A stretch of 64,000 bases of DNA from the human T2T-CHM13v2.0 reference genome, Homo sapiens: NCBI RefSeq assembly GCF_009914755.1, contig NC_060948.1; one strand, written 5' to 3'. The notes beneath the pieces are model-generated. The model had not been told where the DNA came from and ran no database searches. It worked only from the letters and a program-made list of their open reading frames with translations. Shown here in pieces: positions 20,753-42,518 of this stretch; position 1 is the stretch's first letter; each line of letters begins with the position of its first letter. The position numbers and the translations under genes are program-made.

Positions 20753-22855
20753 AGATCCATATTTTTTAAATGAAAAAAAATTTCAAAGGTACTCTGCTTG
20801 GTACAATAATCAAATGTATAAACTGAGGAATAAAACATAACCATGAAACCTACTTATAACTGCATATGGAAAATACAGAGGATAATTTTTTAAATAACAT
20901 ATTTTGAAAGCCTTAACTAGTAATTTGAAGAGTTGGCATTTGAAAGGCCAGTATGAATATACCTTCAAAGCAGCAACACAGGTTCCCCATGAGAAAAAGC
21001 AAACACAGGGAAAATAAAAACACAAAGGTTCAATCTCTTCTGACCTTTGAAAGACACAGCACAGACAGTGGTCCTTAGGACGAAGAGCAGGAGACCCCTA
21101 ATTCCGTCACCATGGCGATAGGGCATAAACATTGCTGGGTGAGGGCACAATCCACATTGTGAGGTCCAACTGCTGCCAGGAAGACAGGAGTGCTTTTACA
21201 TAGACCGAAAGGTCATTGAAGGCTCAGAGTTTTGTTTCAAGAACTGAATCCCAAGCCCACACGTTATTAGGCTGCGCTTCTTAAAACAAGTTATGAGATG
21301 GGAAAAAGGGCACCCACAAACATACGTATACATTATGTATATAATAATATACAGTATCATATATATAATATATATAACCTATGTATAATATTGTTTTACA
21401 TCCTGCATCTTATGTTATATATATTGTATAAAATATAATAATTGATAATATATAAGTTTTATAATTATACAATATGAAATATAGTATATATTATAATTTA
21501 TGACATATATAATATATGTTATATATCATATATAGAATATATTCTACGGTTAATATACGTATTAAATATAAATTATACATTATATATATTATATATAATA
21601 TATCTGTTATATATAATACCCATTATGCAAAATATATATATTATGTCTATGTTATATATAGTATAAAACAACATATAATAATATATAATTGTATATATAA
21701 AATGCGACATATAATATATATTATATTTTATAACATATGTAATATATATTATATATTATATATAATACGTTGTATGTATAATACCTATATTAAATATATA
21801 TTATATGACTATGTTATTAATTACATGTCACATGTGTTATATATTATATATTTTACATAGAATATACCGGTTACATACAATATATACTATGTTACCTATA
21901 ATGTATAATTTATTACATGTAAAATAAAGAATGCAATATATTATGTATAATTTATAATATACAATATGTGGAATGTGATATATATAACATATAATATATG
22001 ATATATGATATACAGTATATGATATATAACATACAATATATGATTCCTAATATATATGGTATACAATATATATTTTATGATATGTATTCTATATGTTTTA
22101 TATTCTGTCATATATAACTATTTGAAATTATATATAACTGTATAATATTTTATGTAAATATGTAATATAATATATAACTATATAATATATTATATATAAC
22201 TATATATTATGTTATATATACTTTTATAACATAATTTACATAAAATATCATAATATAATATATATTATATTATTTCATATTACATAATATATACTACATA
22301 TCACCCAATATAACTAACATACATAATATTATAATATAGATTATATTGTGTTATATTAAATATCATATATATCATGTATCATATATTCTATAATATATAT
22401 TACACATTATATAATATGTATGTTGTCTATTATGTGATATATATAACTATATATATAATTATATTTTTATACATATAACTAGATAAACATGTAATTCTAC
22501 ATATTTTCATTTATAAAATGCAGAATTATATAATCATATATAATTATTTATATTCTATAAAAAATTTTATCATTATACAAATTATAATATATAAAAATTA
22601 TAATATGTACTACAAATATATATATTATATATCATATATGATATAGTACCTTTGTTATATATCATAATACATATAAATGTGTATTATGTTATCTATAATT
22701 ATATAATTTCATATATAAGATGTATAATATGTATCATATATTATATATGTTATGTAATATATATAGTATATATAAGATGACACAGGATAAATATTATATA
22801 CTATGACATATTAAATATATGAGGTTATATGTTACATATAAGGCATAGCACATAA

Positions 22856-23170
<315 letters not shown>

Positions 23171-25275
23171 AGATCCATATTTTTTAAATGAAAAAAAATT
23201 TCAAAGGTACTCTGCTTGGTACAATAATCAAATGTATAAACTGAGGAATAAAACATAACCATGAAACCTACTTATAACTGCATATGGAAAATACAGAGGA
23301 TAATTTTTTAAATAACATATTTTGAAAGCCTTAACTAGTAATTTGAAGAGTTGGCATTTGAAAGGCCAGTATGAATATACCTTCAAAGCAGCAACACAGG
23401 TTCCCCATGAGAAAAAGCAAACACAGGGAAAATAAAAACACAAAGGTTCAATCTCTTCTGACCTTTGAAAGACACAGCACAGACAGTGGTCCTTAGGACG
23501 AAGAGCAGGAGACCCCTAATTCCGTCACCATGGCGATAGGGCATAAACATTGCTGGGTGAGGGCACAATCCACATTGTGAGGTCCAACTGCTGCCAGGAA
23601 GACAGGAGTGCTTTTACATAGACCGAAAGGTCATTGAAGGCTCAGAGTTTTGTTTCAAGAACTGAATCCCAAGCCCACACGTTATTAGGCTGCGCTTCTT
23701 AAAACAAGTTATGAGATGGGAAAAAGGGCACCCACAAACATACGTATACATTATGTATATAATAATATACAGTATCATATATATAATATATATAACCTAT
23801 GTATAATATTGTTTTACATCCTGCATCTTATGTTATATATATTGTATAAAATATAATAATTGATAATATATAAGTTTTATAATTATACAATATGACATAT
23901 AGTATATATTATAATTTATGACATATATAATATATGTTATATATCATATATAGAATATATTATACGGTTAATATACGTATTAAATATAAATTATACATTA
24001 TATATATTATATATAATATATCTGTTATATATAATACCCATTATGCATAATATATATATTATGTCTATGTTATATATAGTATAAAACAACATATAATAAT
24101 ATATAATTGTATATATAAAATGCGACATATAATATATATTATATTTTATAACATATGTAATATATATTATATATTATATATAATACGTTGTATGTATAAT
24201 ACCTATATTAAATATATATTATATGACTATTTTATTAATTACGTGTCACATGTGTTATATATTATATATTTTACATAGAATATACCGGTTACATACAATA
24301 TATACTATGTTACCTATAATGTATAATTTATTACATGTAAAATAAAGAATGCAATATATTATGTATAATTTATAATATACAATATGTGGAATGTGATATA
24401 TGTAACATATAATATATGATATATGATATACAGTATATGATATATAACATACAATATATGATTCCTAATATATATGGTATACAATATATATTTTATGATA
24501 TGTATTCTATATGTTTTATATTCTGTCATATATAACTATTTGAAATTATATATAACTGTATAATATTTTATGTAAATATGTAATATAATATATATAACTA
24601 TATAATATATTATATATAACTATATATTATGTTATATATACTTTTATAACATTATTTACATAAAATATCATAATATAATATATATTATATTATTTCATAT
24701 TACATATTATATATTACATATCACCCAATATAACTAACATACATAATATTATAATATAGATTATATTATGTTATATTAAATATCATATATATCATGTATC
24801 ATATATTCTATAATATATATTACACATTATATAATATGTATGTTGTCTATTATGTGATATATATAACTATATATATAATTATATTTTTATACATATAACT
24901 AGATAAACATGTAATTCTACATATTTTCATTTATAATATGTAGAATTATATAATCATATATAATCATTTATATTCTATAAAAAATTTTATCATTATATAA
25001 ATTATAATATATAAAAATTATAATATGTACTACAAATATATATATTATATATCATATATGATATAGTACCTTTGTTATATATCATAATACATATAAATGT
25101 GTATTATGTTATCTATAATTATATAATTTCATATATAAGATGTATAATATGTATCATATATTATATATGTTATGTAATATATATAGTATATATAAGATGA
25201 CACAGGATAAATATTATATACTATGACATATTAAATATATGAGGTTATATGTTACATATAAGGCATAGCACATAA

Positions 25276-25590
<315 letters not shown>

Positions 25591-27693
25591 AGATCCATAT
25601 TTTTTAAATGAAAAAAAATTTCAAAGGTACTCTGCTTGGTACAATAATCAAATGTATAAACTGAGGAATAAAACATAACCATGAAACCTACTTATAACTG
25701 CATATGGAAAATACAGAGGATAATTTTTTAAATAACATATTTTGAAAGCCTTAACTAGTAATTTGAAGAGTTGGCATTTGAAAGGCCAGTATGAATATAC
25801 CTTCAAAGCAGCAACACAGGTTCCCCATGAGAAAAAGCAAACACAGGGAAAATAAAAACACAAAGGTTCAATCTCTTCTGACCTTTGAAAGACACAGCAC
25901 AGACAGTGGTCCTTAGGACGAAGAGCAGGAGACCCCTAATTCCGTCACCATGGCGATAGGGCATAAACATTGCTGGGTGAGGGCACAATCCACATTGTGA
26001 GGTCCAACTGCTGCCAGGAAGACAGGAGTGCTTTTACATAGACCGAAAGGTCATTGAAGGCTCAGAGTTTTGTTTCAAGAACTGAATCCCAAGCCCACAC
26101 GTTATTAGGCTGCGCTTCTTAAAACAAGTTATGAGATGGGAAAAAGGGCACCCACAAACATACGTATACATTATGTATATAATAATATACAGTATCATAT
26201 ATATAATATATATAACCTATGTATAATATTGTTTTACATCCTGCATCTTATGTTATATATATTGTATAAAATATAATAATTGATAATATATAAGTTTTAT
26301 AATTATACAATATGAAATATAGTATATATTATAATTTATGACATATATAATATATGTTATATATCATATATAGAATATATTATACGGTTAATATACGTAT
26401 TAAATATAAATTATACATTATATATATTATATATAATATATCTGTTATATATAATACCCATTATGCAAAATATATATATTATGTCTATGTTATATATAGT
26501 ATAAAACAACATATAATAATATATAATTGTATATATAAAATGCGACATATAATATATATTATATTTTATAACATATGTAATATATATTATATATTATATA
26601 TAATACGTTGTATGTATAATACCTATATTAAATATATATTATATGACTATGTTATTAATTACATGTCACATGTGTTATATATTATATATTTTACATAGAA
26701 TATACCGGTTACATACAATATATACTATGTTACCTATAATGTATAATTTATTACATGTAAAATAAAGAATGCAATATATTATGTATAATTTATAATATAC
26801 AATATGTGGAATGTGATATATATAACATATAATATATGATATATGATATACAGTATATGATATATAACATACAATATATGATTCCTAATATATATGGTAT
26901 ACAATATATATTTTATGATATGTATTCTATATGTTTTATATTCTGTCATATATAACTATTTGAAATTATATATAACTGTATAATATTTTATGTAAATATG
27001 TAATATAATATATAACTATATAATATATTATATATAACTATATATTATGTTATATATACTTTTATAACATAATTTACATAAAATATCATAATATAATATA
27101 TATTATATTATTTCATATTACATAATATATACTACATATCACCCAATATAACTAACATACATAATATTATAATATAGATTATATTGTGTTATATTAAATA
27201 TCATATATATCATGTATCATATATTCTATAATATATATTACACATTATATAATATGTATGTTGTCTATTATGTGATATATATAACTATATATATAATTAT
27301 ATTTTTATACATATAACTAGATAAACATGTAATTCTACATATTTTCATTTATAAAATGCAGAATTATATAATCATATATAATTATTTATATTCTATAAAA
27401 AATTTTATCATTATACAAATTATAATATATAAAAATTATAATATGTACTACAAATATATATATTATATATCATATATGATATAGTACCTTTGTTATATAT
27501 CATAATACATATAAATGTGTATTATGTTATCTATAATTATATAATTTCATATATAAGATGTATAATATGTATCATATATTATATATGTTATGTAATATAT
27601 ATAGTATATATAAGATGACACAGGATAAATATTATATACTATGACATATTAAATATATGAGGTTATATGTTACATATAAGGCATAGCACATAA

Positions 27694-28008
<315 letters not shown>

Positions 28009-30111
28009 AGATCCATATTTTTTAAATGAAAAAAAATTTCAAAGGTACTCTGCTTGGTACAATAATCAAATGTATAAACTGAGGAATAAAACATAACCAT
28101 GAAACCTACTTATAACTGCATATGGAAAATACAGAGGATAATTTTTTAAATAACATATTTTGAAAGCCTTAACTAGTAATTTGAAGAGTTGGCATTTGAA
28201 AGGCCAGTATGAATATACCTTCAAAGCAGCAACACAGGTTCCCCATGAGAAAAAGCAAACACAGGGAAAATAAAAACACAAAGGTTCAATCTCTTCTGAC
28301 CTTTGAAAGACACAGCACAGACAGTGGTCCTTAGGACGAAGAGCAGGAGACCCCTAATTCCGTCACCATGGCGATAGGGCATAAACATTGCTGGGTGAGG
28401 GCACAATCCACATTGTGAGGTCCAACTGCTGCCAGGAAGACAGGAGTGCTTTTACATAGACCGAAAGGTCATTGAAGGCTCAGAGTTTTGTTTCAAGAAC
28501 TGAATCCCAAGCCCACACGTTATTAGGCTGCGCTTCTTAAAACAAGTTATGAGATGGGAAAAAGGGCACCCACAAACATACGTATACATTATGTATATAA
28601 TAATATACAGTATCATATATATAATATATATAACCTATGTATAATATTGTTTTACATCCTGCATCTTATGTTATATATATTGTATAAAATATAATAATTG
28701 ATAATATATAAGTTTTATAATTATACAATATGAAATATAGTATATATTATAATTTATGACATATATAATATATGTTATATATCATATATAGAATATATTC
28801 TACGGTTAATATACGTATTAAATATAAATTATACATTATATATATTATATATAATATATCTGTTATATATAATACCCATTATGCAAAATATATATATTAT
28901 GTCTATGTTATATATAGTATAAAACAACATATAATAATATATAATTGTATATATAAAATGCGACATATAATATATATTATATTTTATAACATATGTAATA
29001 TATATTATATATTATATATAATACGTTGTATGTATAATACCTATATTAAATATATATTATATGACTATGTTATTAATTACATGTCACATGTGTTATATAT
29101 TATATATTTTACATAGAATATACCGGTTACATACAATATATACTATGTTACCTATAATGTATAATTTATTACATGTAAAATAAAGAATGCAATATATTAT
29201 GTATAATTTATAATATACAATATGTGGAATGTGATATATATAACATATAATATATGATATATGATATACAGTATATGATATATAACATACAATATATGAT
29301 TCCTAATATATATGGTATACAATATATATTTTATGATATGTATTCTATATGTTTTATATTCTGTCATATATAACTATTTGAAATTATATATAACTGTATA
29401 ATATTTTATGTAAATATGTAATATAATATATAACTATATAATATATTATATATAACTATATATTATGTTATATATACTTTTATAACATAATTTACATAAA
29501 ATATCATAATATAATATATATTATATTATTTCATATTACATAATATATACTACATATCACCCAATATAACTAACATACATAATATTATAATATAGATTAT
29601 ATTGTGTTATATTAAATATCATATATATCATGTATCATATATTCTATAATATATATTACACATTATATAATATGTATGTTGTCTATTATGTGATATATAT
29701 AACTATATATATAATTATATTTTTATACATATAACTAGATAAACATGTAATTCTACATATTTTCATTTATAAAATGCAGAATTATATAATCATATATAAT
29801 TATTTATATTCTATAAAAAATTTTATCATTATACAAATTATAATATATAAAAATTATAATATGTACTACAAATATATATATTATATATCATATATGATAT
29901 AGTACCTTTGTTATATATCATAATACATATAAATGTGTATTATGTTATCTATAATTATATAATTTCATATATAAGATGTATAATATGTATCATATATTAT
30001 ATATGTTATGTAATATATATAGTATATATAAGATGACACAGGATAAATATTATATACTATGACATATTAAATATATGAGGTTATATGTTACATATAAGGC
30101 ATAGCACATAA

Positions 30112-30426
<315 letters not shown>

Positions 30427-32529
30427 AGATCCATATTTTTTAAATGAAAAAAAATTTCAAAGGTACTCTGTTTGGTACAATAATCAAATGTATAAACTGA
30501 GGAATAAAACATAACCATGAAACCTACTTATAACTGCATATGGAAAATACAGAGGATAATTTTTTAAATAACATATTTTGAAAGCCTTAACTAGTAATTT
30601 GAAGAGTTGGCATTTGAAAGGCCAGTATGAATATACCTTCAAAGCAGCAACACAGGTTCCCCATGAGAAAAAGCAAACACAGGGAAAATAAAAACACAAA
30701 GGTTCAATCTCTTCTGACCTTTGAAAGACACAGCACAGACAGTGGTCCTTAGGACGAAGAGCAGGAGACCCCTAATTCCGTCACCATGGCGATAGGGCAT
30801 AAACATTGCTGGGTGAGGGCACAATCCACATTGTGAGGTCCAACTGCTGCCAGGAAGACAGGAGTGCTTTTACATAGACCGAAAGGTCATTGAAGGCTCA
30901 GAGTTTTGTTTCAAGAACTGAATCCCAAGCCCACACGTTATTAGGCTGCGCTTCTTAAAACAAGTTATGAGATGGGAAAAAGGGCACCCACAAACATACG
31001 TATACATTATGTATATAATAATATACAGTATCATATATATAATATATATAACCTATGTATAATATTGTTTTACATCCTGCATCTTATGTTATATATATTG
31101 TATAAAATATAATAATTGATAATATATAAGTTTTATAATTATACAATATGACATATAGTATATATTATAATTTATGACATATATAATATATGTTATATAT
31201 CATATATAGAATATATTATACGGTTAATATACGTATTAAATATAAATTATACATTATATATATTATATATAATATATCTGTTATATATAATACCCATTAT
31301 GCATAATATATATATTATGTCTATGTTATATATAGTATAAAACAACATATAATAATATATAATTGTATATATAAAATGCGACATATAATATATATTATAT
31401 TTTATAACATATGTAATATATATTATATATTATATATAATACGTTGTATGTATAATACCTATATTAAATATATATTATATGACTATGTTATTAATTACGT
31501 GTCACATGTGTTATATATTATATATTTTACATAGAATATACCGGTTACATACAATATATACTATGTTACCTATAATGTATAATTTATTACATGTAAAATA
31601 AAGAATGCAATATATTATGTATAATTTATAATATACAATATGTGGAATGTGATATATGTAACATATAATATATGATATATGATATACAGTATATGATATA
31701 TAACATACAATATATGATTCCTAATATATATGGTATACAATATATATTTTATGATATGTATTCTATATGTTTTATATTCTGTCATATATAACTATTTGAA
31801 ATTATATATAACTGTATAATATTTTATGTAAATATGTAATATAATATATAACTATATAATATATTATATATAACTATATATTATGTTATATATACTTTTA
31901 TAACATAATTTACATAAAATATCATAATATAATATATATTATATTATTTCATATTACATAATATATACTACATATCACCCAATATAACTAACATACATAA
32001 TATTATAATATAGATTATATTGTGTTATATTAAATATCATATATATCATGTATCATATATTCTATAATATATATTACACATTATATAATATGTATGTTGT
32101 CTATTATGTGATATATATAACTATATATATAATTATATTTTTATACATATAACTAGATAAACATGTAATTCTACATATTTTCATTTATAAAATGCAGAAT
32201 TATATAATCATATATAATTATTTATATTCTATAAAAAATTTTATCATTATACAAATTATAATATATAAAAATTATAATATGTACTACAAATATATATATT
32301 ATATATCATATATGATATAGTACCTTTGTTATATATCATAATACATATAAATGTGTATTATGTTATCTATAATTATATAATTTCATATATAAGATGTATA
32401 ATATGTATCATATATTATATATGTTATGTAATATATATAGTATATATAAGATGACACAGGATAAATATTATATACTATGACATATTAAATATATGAGGTT
32501 ATATGTTACATATAAGGCATAGCACATAA

Positions 32530-32844
<315 letters not shown>

Positions 32845-34949
32845 AGATCCATATTTTTTAAATGAAAAAAAATTTCAAAGGTACTCTGTTTGGTACAATA
32901 ATCAAATGTATAAACTGAGGAATAAAACATAACCATGAAACCTACTTATAACTGCATATGGAAAATACAGAGGATAATTTTTTAAATAACATATTTTGAA
33001 AGCCTTAACTAGTAATTTGAAGAGTTGGCATTTGAAAGGCCAGTATGAATATACCTTCAAAGCAGCAACACAGGTTCCCCATGAGAAAAAGCAAACACAG
33101 GGAAAATAAAAACACAAAGGTTCAATCTCTTCTGACCTTTGAAAGACACAGCACAGACAGTGGTCCTTAGGACGAAGAGCAGGAGACCCCTAATTCCGTC
33201 ACCATGGCGATAGGGCATAAACATTGCTGGGTGAGGGCACAATCCACATTGTGAGGTCCAACTGCTGCCAGGAAGACAGGAGTGCTTTTACATAGACCGA
33301 AAGGTCATTGAAGGCTCAGAGTTTTGTTTCAAGAACTGAATCCCAAGCCCACACGTTATTAGGCTGCGCTTCTTAAAACAAGTTATGAGATGGGAAAAAG
33401 GGCACCCACAAACATACGTATACATTATGTATATAATAATATACAGTATCATATATATAATATATATAACCTATGTATAATATTGTTTTACATCCTGCAT
33501 CTTATGTTATATATATTGTATAAAATATAATAATTGATAATATATAAGTTTTATAATTATACAATATGACATATAGTATATATTATAATTTATGACATAT
33601 ATAATATATGTTATATATCATATATAGAATATATTATATGGTTAATATACGTATTAAATATAAATTATACATTATATATATTATATATAATATATCTGTT
33701 ATATATAATACCCATTATGCATAATATATATATTATGTCTATGTTATATATAGTATAAAACAACATATAATAATATATAATTGTATATATAAAATGCGAC
33801 ATATAATATATATTATATTTTATAACATATGTAATATATATTATATATTATATATAATACGTTGTATGTATAATACCTATATTAAATATATATTATATGA
33901 CTATGTTATTAATTACGTGTCACATGTGTTATATATTATATATTTTACATAGAATATACCGGTTACATACAATATATACTATGTTACCTATAATGTATAA
34001 TTTATTACATGTAAAATAAAGAATGCAATATATTATGTATAATTTATAATATACAATATGTGGAATGTGATATATGTAACATATAATATATGATATATGA
34101 TATACAGTATATGATATATAACATACAATATATGATTCCTAATATATATGGTATACAATATATATTTTATGATATGTATTCTATATGTTTTATATTCTGT
34201 CATATATAACTATTTGAAATTATATATAACTGTATAATATTTTATGTAAATATGTAATATAATATATATAACTATATAATATATTATATATAACTATATA
34301 TTATGTTATATATACTTTTATAACATTATTTACATAAAATATCATAATATAATATATATTATATTATTTCATATTACATATTATATATTACATATCACCC
34401 AATATAACTAACATACATAATATTATAATATAGATTATATTATGTTATATTAAATATCATATATATCATGTATCATATATTCTATAATATATATTACACA
34501 TTATATAATATGTATGTTGTCTATTATGTGATATATATAACTATATATATAATTATATTTTTATACATATAACTAGATAAACATGTAATTCTACATATTT
34601 TCATTTATAATATGTAGAATTATATAATCATATATAATCATTTATATTCTATAAAAAATTTTATCATTATATAAATTATAATATATAAAAATTATAATAT
34701 GTACTACAAATATATATATTATATATCATATATGATATAGTACCTTTGTTATATATCATAATACATATAAATGTGTATTATGTTATCTATAATTATATAA
34801 TTTCATATATAAGATGTATAATATGTATCATATATTATATATGTTATGTAATATATATAGTATATATAAGATGACACAGGATAAATATTATATACTATGA
34901 CATATTAAATATATGAGGTTATATGTTACATATAAGGCATAGCACATAA

Positions 34950-35264
<315 letters not shown>

Positions 35265-37367
35265 AGATCCATATTTTTTAAATGAAAAAAAATTTCAAAG
35301 GTACTCTGCTTGGTACAATAATCAAATGTATAAACTGAGGAATAAAACATAACCATGAAACCTACTTATAACTGCATATGGAAAATACAGAGGATAATTT
35401 TTTAAATAACATATTTTGAAAGCCTTAACTAGTAATTTGAAGAGTTGGCATTTGAAAGGCCAGTATGAATATACCTTCAAAGCAGCAACACAGGTTCCCC
35501 ATGAGAAAAAGCAAACACAGGGAAAATAAAAACACAAAGGTTCAATCTCTTCTGACCTTTGAAAGACACAGCACAGACAGTGGTCCTTAGGACGAAGAGC
35601 AGGAGACCCCTAATTCCGTCACCATGGCGATAGGGCATAAACATTGCTGGGTGAGGGCACAATCCACATTGTGAGGTCCAACTGCTGCCAGGAAGACAGG
35701 AGTGCTTTTACATAGACCGAAAGGTCATTGAAGGCTCAGAGTTTTGTTTCAAGAACTGAATCCCAAGCCCACACGTTATTAGGCTGCGCTTCTTAAAACA
35801 AGTTATGAGATGGGAAAAAGGGCACCCACAAACATACGTATACATTATGTATATAATAATATACAGTATCATATATATAATATATATAACCTATGTATAA
35901 TATTGTTTTACATCCTGCATCTTATGTTATATATATTGTATAAAATATAATAATTGATAATATATAAGTTTTATAATTATACAATATGAAATATAGTATA
36001 TATTATAATTTATGACATATATAATATATGTTATATATCATATATAGAATATATTATACGGTTAATATACGTATTAAATATAAATTATACATTATATATA
36101 TTATATATAATATATCTGTTATATATAATACCCATTATGCAAAATATATATATTATGTCTATGTTATATATAGTATAAAACAACATATAATAATATATAA
36201 TTGTATATATAAAATGCGACATATAATATATATTATATTTTATAACATATGTAATATATATTATATATTATATATAATACGTTGTATGTATAATACCTAT
36301 ATTAAATATATATTATATGACTATGTTATTAATTACATGTCACATGTGTTATATATTATATATTTTACATAGAATATACCGGTTACATACAATATATACT
36401 ATGTTACCTATAATGTATAATTTATTACATGTAAAATAAAGAATGCAATATATTATGTATAATTTATAATATACAATATGTGGAATGTGATATATATAAC
36501 ATATAATATATGATATATGATATACAGTATATGATATATAACATACAATATATGATTCCTAATATATATGGTATACAATATATATTTTATGATATGTATT
36601 CTATATGTTTTATATTCTGTCATATATAACTATTTGAAATTATATATAACTGTATAATATTTTATGTAAATATGTAATATAATATATAACTATATAATAT
36701 ATTATATATAACTATATATTATGTTATATATACTTTTATAACATAATTTACATAAAATATCATAATATAATATATATTATATTATTTCATATTACATAAT
36801 ATATACTACATATCACCCAATATAACTAACATACATAATATTATAATATAGATTATATTGTGTTATATTAAATATCATATATATCATGTATCATATATTC
36901 TATAATATATATTACACATTATATAATATGTATGTTGTCTATTATGTGATATATATAACTATATATATAATTATATTTTTATACATATAACTAGATAAAC
37001 ATGTAATTCTACATATTTTCATTTATAAAATGCAGAATTATATAATCATATATAATTATTTATATTCTATAAAAAATTTTATCATTATACAAATTATAAT
37101 ATATAAAAATTATAATATGTACTACAAATATATATATTATATATCATATATGATATAGTACCTTTGTTATATATCATAATACATATAAATGTGTATTATG
37201 TTATCTATAATTATATAATTTCATATATAAGATGTATAATATGTATCATATATTATATATGTTATGTAATATATATAGTATATATAAGATGACACAGGAT
37301 AAATATTATATACTATGACATATTAAATATATGAGGTTATATGTTACATATAAGGCATAGCACATAA

Positions 37368-37682
<315 letters not shown>

Positions 37683-39785
37683 AGATCCATATTTTTTAAA
37701 TGAAAAAAAATTTCAAAGGTACTCTGCTTGGTACAATAATCAAATGTATAAACTGAGGAATAAAACATAACCATGAAACCTACTTATAACTGCATATGGA
37801 AAATACAGAGGATAATTTTTTAAATAACATATTTTGAAAGCCTTAACTAGTAATTTGAAGAGTTGGCATTTGAAAGGCCAGTATGAATATACCTTCAAAG
37901 CAGCAACACAGGTTCCCCATGAGAAAAAGCAAACACAGGGAAAATAAAAACACAAAGGTTCAATCTCTTCTGACCTTTGAAAGACACAGCACAGACAGTG
38001 GTCCTTAGGACGAAGAGCAGGAGACCCCTAATTCCGTCACCATGGCGATAGGGCATAAACATTGCTGGGTGAGGGCACAATCCACATTGTGAGGTCCAAC
38101 TGCTGCCAGGAAGACAGGAGTGCTTTTACATAGACCGAAAGGTCATTGAAGGCTCAGAGTTTTGTTTCAAGAACTGAATCCCAAGCCCACACGTTATTAG
38201 GCTGCGCTTCTTAAAACAAGTTATGAGATGGGAAAAAGGGCACCCACAAACATACGTATACATTATGTATATAATAATATACAGTATCATATATATAATA
38301 TATATAACCTATGTATAATATTGTTTTACATCCTGCATCTTATGTTATATATATTGTATAAAATATAATAATTGATAATATATAAGTTTTATAATTATAC
38401 AATATGAAATATAGTATATATTATAATTTATGACATATATAATATATGTTATATATCATATATAGAATATATTATACGGTTAATATACGTATTAAATATA
38501 AATTATACATTATATATATTATATATAATATATCTGTTATATATAATACCCATTATGCAAAATATATATATTATGTCTATGTTATATATAGTATAAAACA
38601 ACATATAATAATATATAATTGTATATATAAAATGCGACATATAATATATATTATATTTTATAACATATGTAATATATATTATATATTATATATAATACGT
38701 TGTATGTATAATACCTATATTAAATATATATTATATGACTATGTTATTAATTACATGTCACATGTGTTATATATTATATATTTTACATAGAATATACCGG
38801 TTACATACAATATATACTATGTTACCTATAATGTATAATTTATTACATGTAAAATAAAGAATGCAATATATTATGTATAATTTATAATATACAATATGTG
38901 GAATGTGATATATATAACATATAATATATGATATATGATATACAGTATATGATATATAACATACAATATATGATTCCTAATATATATGGTATACAATATA
39001 TATTTTATGATATGTATTCTATATGTTTTATATTCTGTCATATATAACTATTTGAAATTATATATAACTGTATAATATTTTATGTAAATATGTAATATAA
39101 TATATAACTATATAATATATTATATATAACTATATATTATGTTATATATACTTTTATAACATAATTTACATAAAATATCATAATATAATATATATTATAT
39201 TATTTCATATTACATAATATATACTACATATCACCCAATATAACTAACATACATAATATTATAATATAGATTATATTGTGTTATATTAAATATCATATAT
39301 ATCATGTATCATATATTCTATAATATATATTACACATTATATAATATGTATGTTGTCTATTATGTGATATATATAACTATATATATAATTATATTTTTAT
39401 ACATATAACTAGATAAACATGTAATTCTACATATTTTCATTTATAAAATGCAGAATTATATAATCATATATAATTATTTATATTCTATAAAAAATTTTAT
39501 CATTATACAAATTATAATATATAAAAATTATAATATGTACTACAAATATATATATTATATATCATATATGATATAGTACCTTTGTTATATATCATAATAC
39601 ATATAAATGTGTATTATGTTATCTATAATTATATAATTTCATATATAAGATGTATAATATGTATCATATATTATATATGTTATGTAATATATATAGTATA
39701 TATAAGATGACACAGGATAAATATTATATACTATGACATATTAAATATATGAGGTTATATGTTACATATAAGGCATAGCACATAA

Positions 39786-40100
<315 letters not shown>

Positions 40101-42203
40101 AGATCCATATTTTTTAAATGAAAAAAAATTTCAAAGGTACTCTGTTTGGTACAATAATCAAATGTATAAACTGAGGAATAAAACATAACCATGAAACCTA
40201 CTTATAACTGCATATGGAAAATACAGAGGATAATTTTTTAAATAACATATTTTGAAAGCCTTAACTAGTAATTTGAAGAGTTGGCATTTGAAAGGCCAGT
40301 ATGAATATACCTTCAAAGCAGCAACACAGGTTCCCCATGAGAAAAAGCAAACACAGGGAAAATAAAAACACAAAGGTTCAATCTCTTCTGACCTTTGAAA
40401 GACACAGCACAGACAGTGGTCCTTAGGACGAAGAGCAGGAGACCCCTAATTCCGTCACCATGGCGATAGGGCATAAACATTGCTGGGTGAGGGCACAATC
40501 CACATTGTGAGGTCCAACTGCTGCCAGGAAGACAGGAGTGCTTTTACATAGACCGAAAGGTCATTGAAGGCTCAGAGTTTTGTTTCAAGAACTGAATCCC
40601 AAGCCCACACGTTATTAGGCTGCGCTTCTTAAAACAAGTTATGAGATGGGAAAAAGGGCACCCACAAACATACGTATACATTATGTATATAATAATATAC
40701 AGTATCATATATATAATATATATAACCTATGTATAATATTGTTTTACATCCTGCATCTTATGTTATATATATTGTATAAAATATAATAATTGATAATATA
40801 TAAGTTTTATAATTATACAATATGACATATAGTATATATTATAATTTATGACATATATAATATATGTTATATATCATATATAGAATATATTATACGGTTA
40901 ATATACGTATTAAATATAAATTATACATTATATATATTATATATAATATATCTGTTATATATAATACCCATTATGCATAATATATATATTATGTCTATGT
41001 TATATATAGTATAAAACAACATATAATAATATATAATTGTATATATAAAATGCGACATATAATATATATTATATTTTATAACATATGTAATATATATTAT
41101 ATATTATATATAATACGTTGTATGTATAATACCTATATTAAATATATATTATATGACTATGTTATTAATTACGTGTCACATGTGTTATATATTATATATT
41201 TTACATAGAATATACCGGTTACATACAATATATACTATGTTACCTATAATGTATAATTTATTACATGTAAAATAAAGAATGCAATATATTATGTATAATT
41301 TATAATATACAATATGTGGAATGTGATATATGTAACATATAATATATGATATATGATATACAGTATATGATATATAACATACAATATATGATTCCTAATA
41401 TATATGGTATACAATATATATTTTATGATATGTATTCTATATGTTTTATATTCTGTCATATATAACTATTTGAAATTATATATAACTGTATAATATTTTA
41501 TGTAAATATGTAATATAATATATAACTATATAATATATTATATATAACTATATATTATGTTATATATACTTTTATAACATAATTTACATAAAATATCATA
41601 ATATAATATATATTATATTATTTCATATTACATAATATATACTACATATCACCCAATATAACTAACATACATAATATTATAATATAGATTATATTGTGTT
41701 ATATTAAATATCATATATATCATGTATCATATATTCTATAATATATATTACACATTATATAATATGTATGTTGTCTATTATGTGATATATATAACTATAT
41801 ATATAATTATATTTTTATACATATAACTAGATAAACATGTAATTCTACATATTTTCATTTATAAAATGCAGAATTATATAATCATATATAATTATTTATA
41901 TTCTATAAAAAATTTTATCATTATACAAATTATAATATATAAAAATTATAATATGTACTACAAATATATATATTATATATCATATATGATATAGTACCTT
42001 TGTTATATATCATAATACATATAAATGTGTATTATGTTATCTATAATTATATAATTTCATATATAAGATGTATAATATGTATCATATATTATATATGTTA
42101 TGTAATATATATAGTATATATAAGATGACACAGGATAAATATTATATACTATGACATATTAAATATATGAGGTTATATGTTACATATAAGGCATAGCACA
42201 TAA

Positions 42204-42518
<315 letters not shown>

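Noticed and set aside
21516-21860. 114-aa I/Y/N-rich ORF (9 copies) and the 60-aa ORF at 6969
   Set aside because: Translation of TA-rich low-complexity DNA. The 114-aa frame opens only because one T>A removes a TAA (GCATAA>GCAAAA). Useful as a haplotype marker only.
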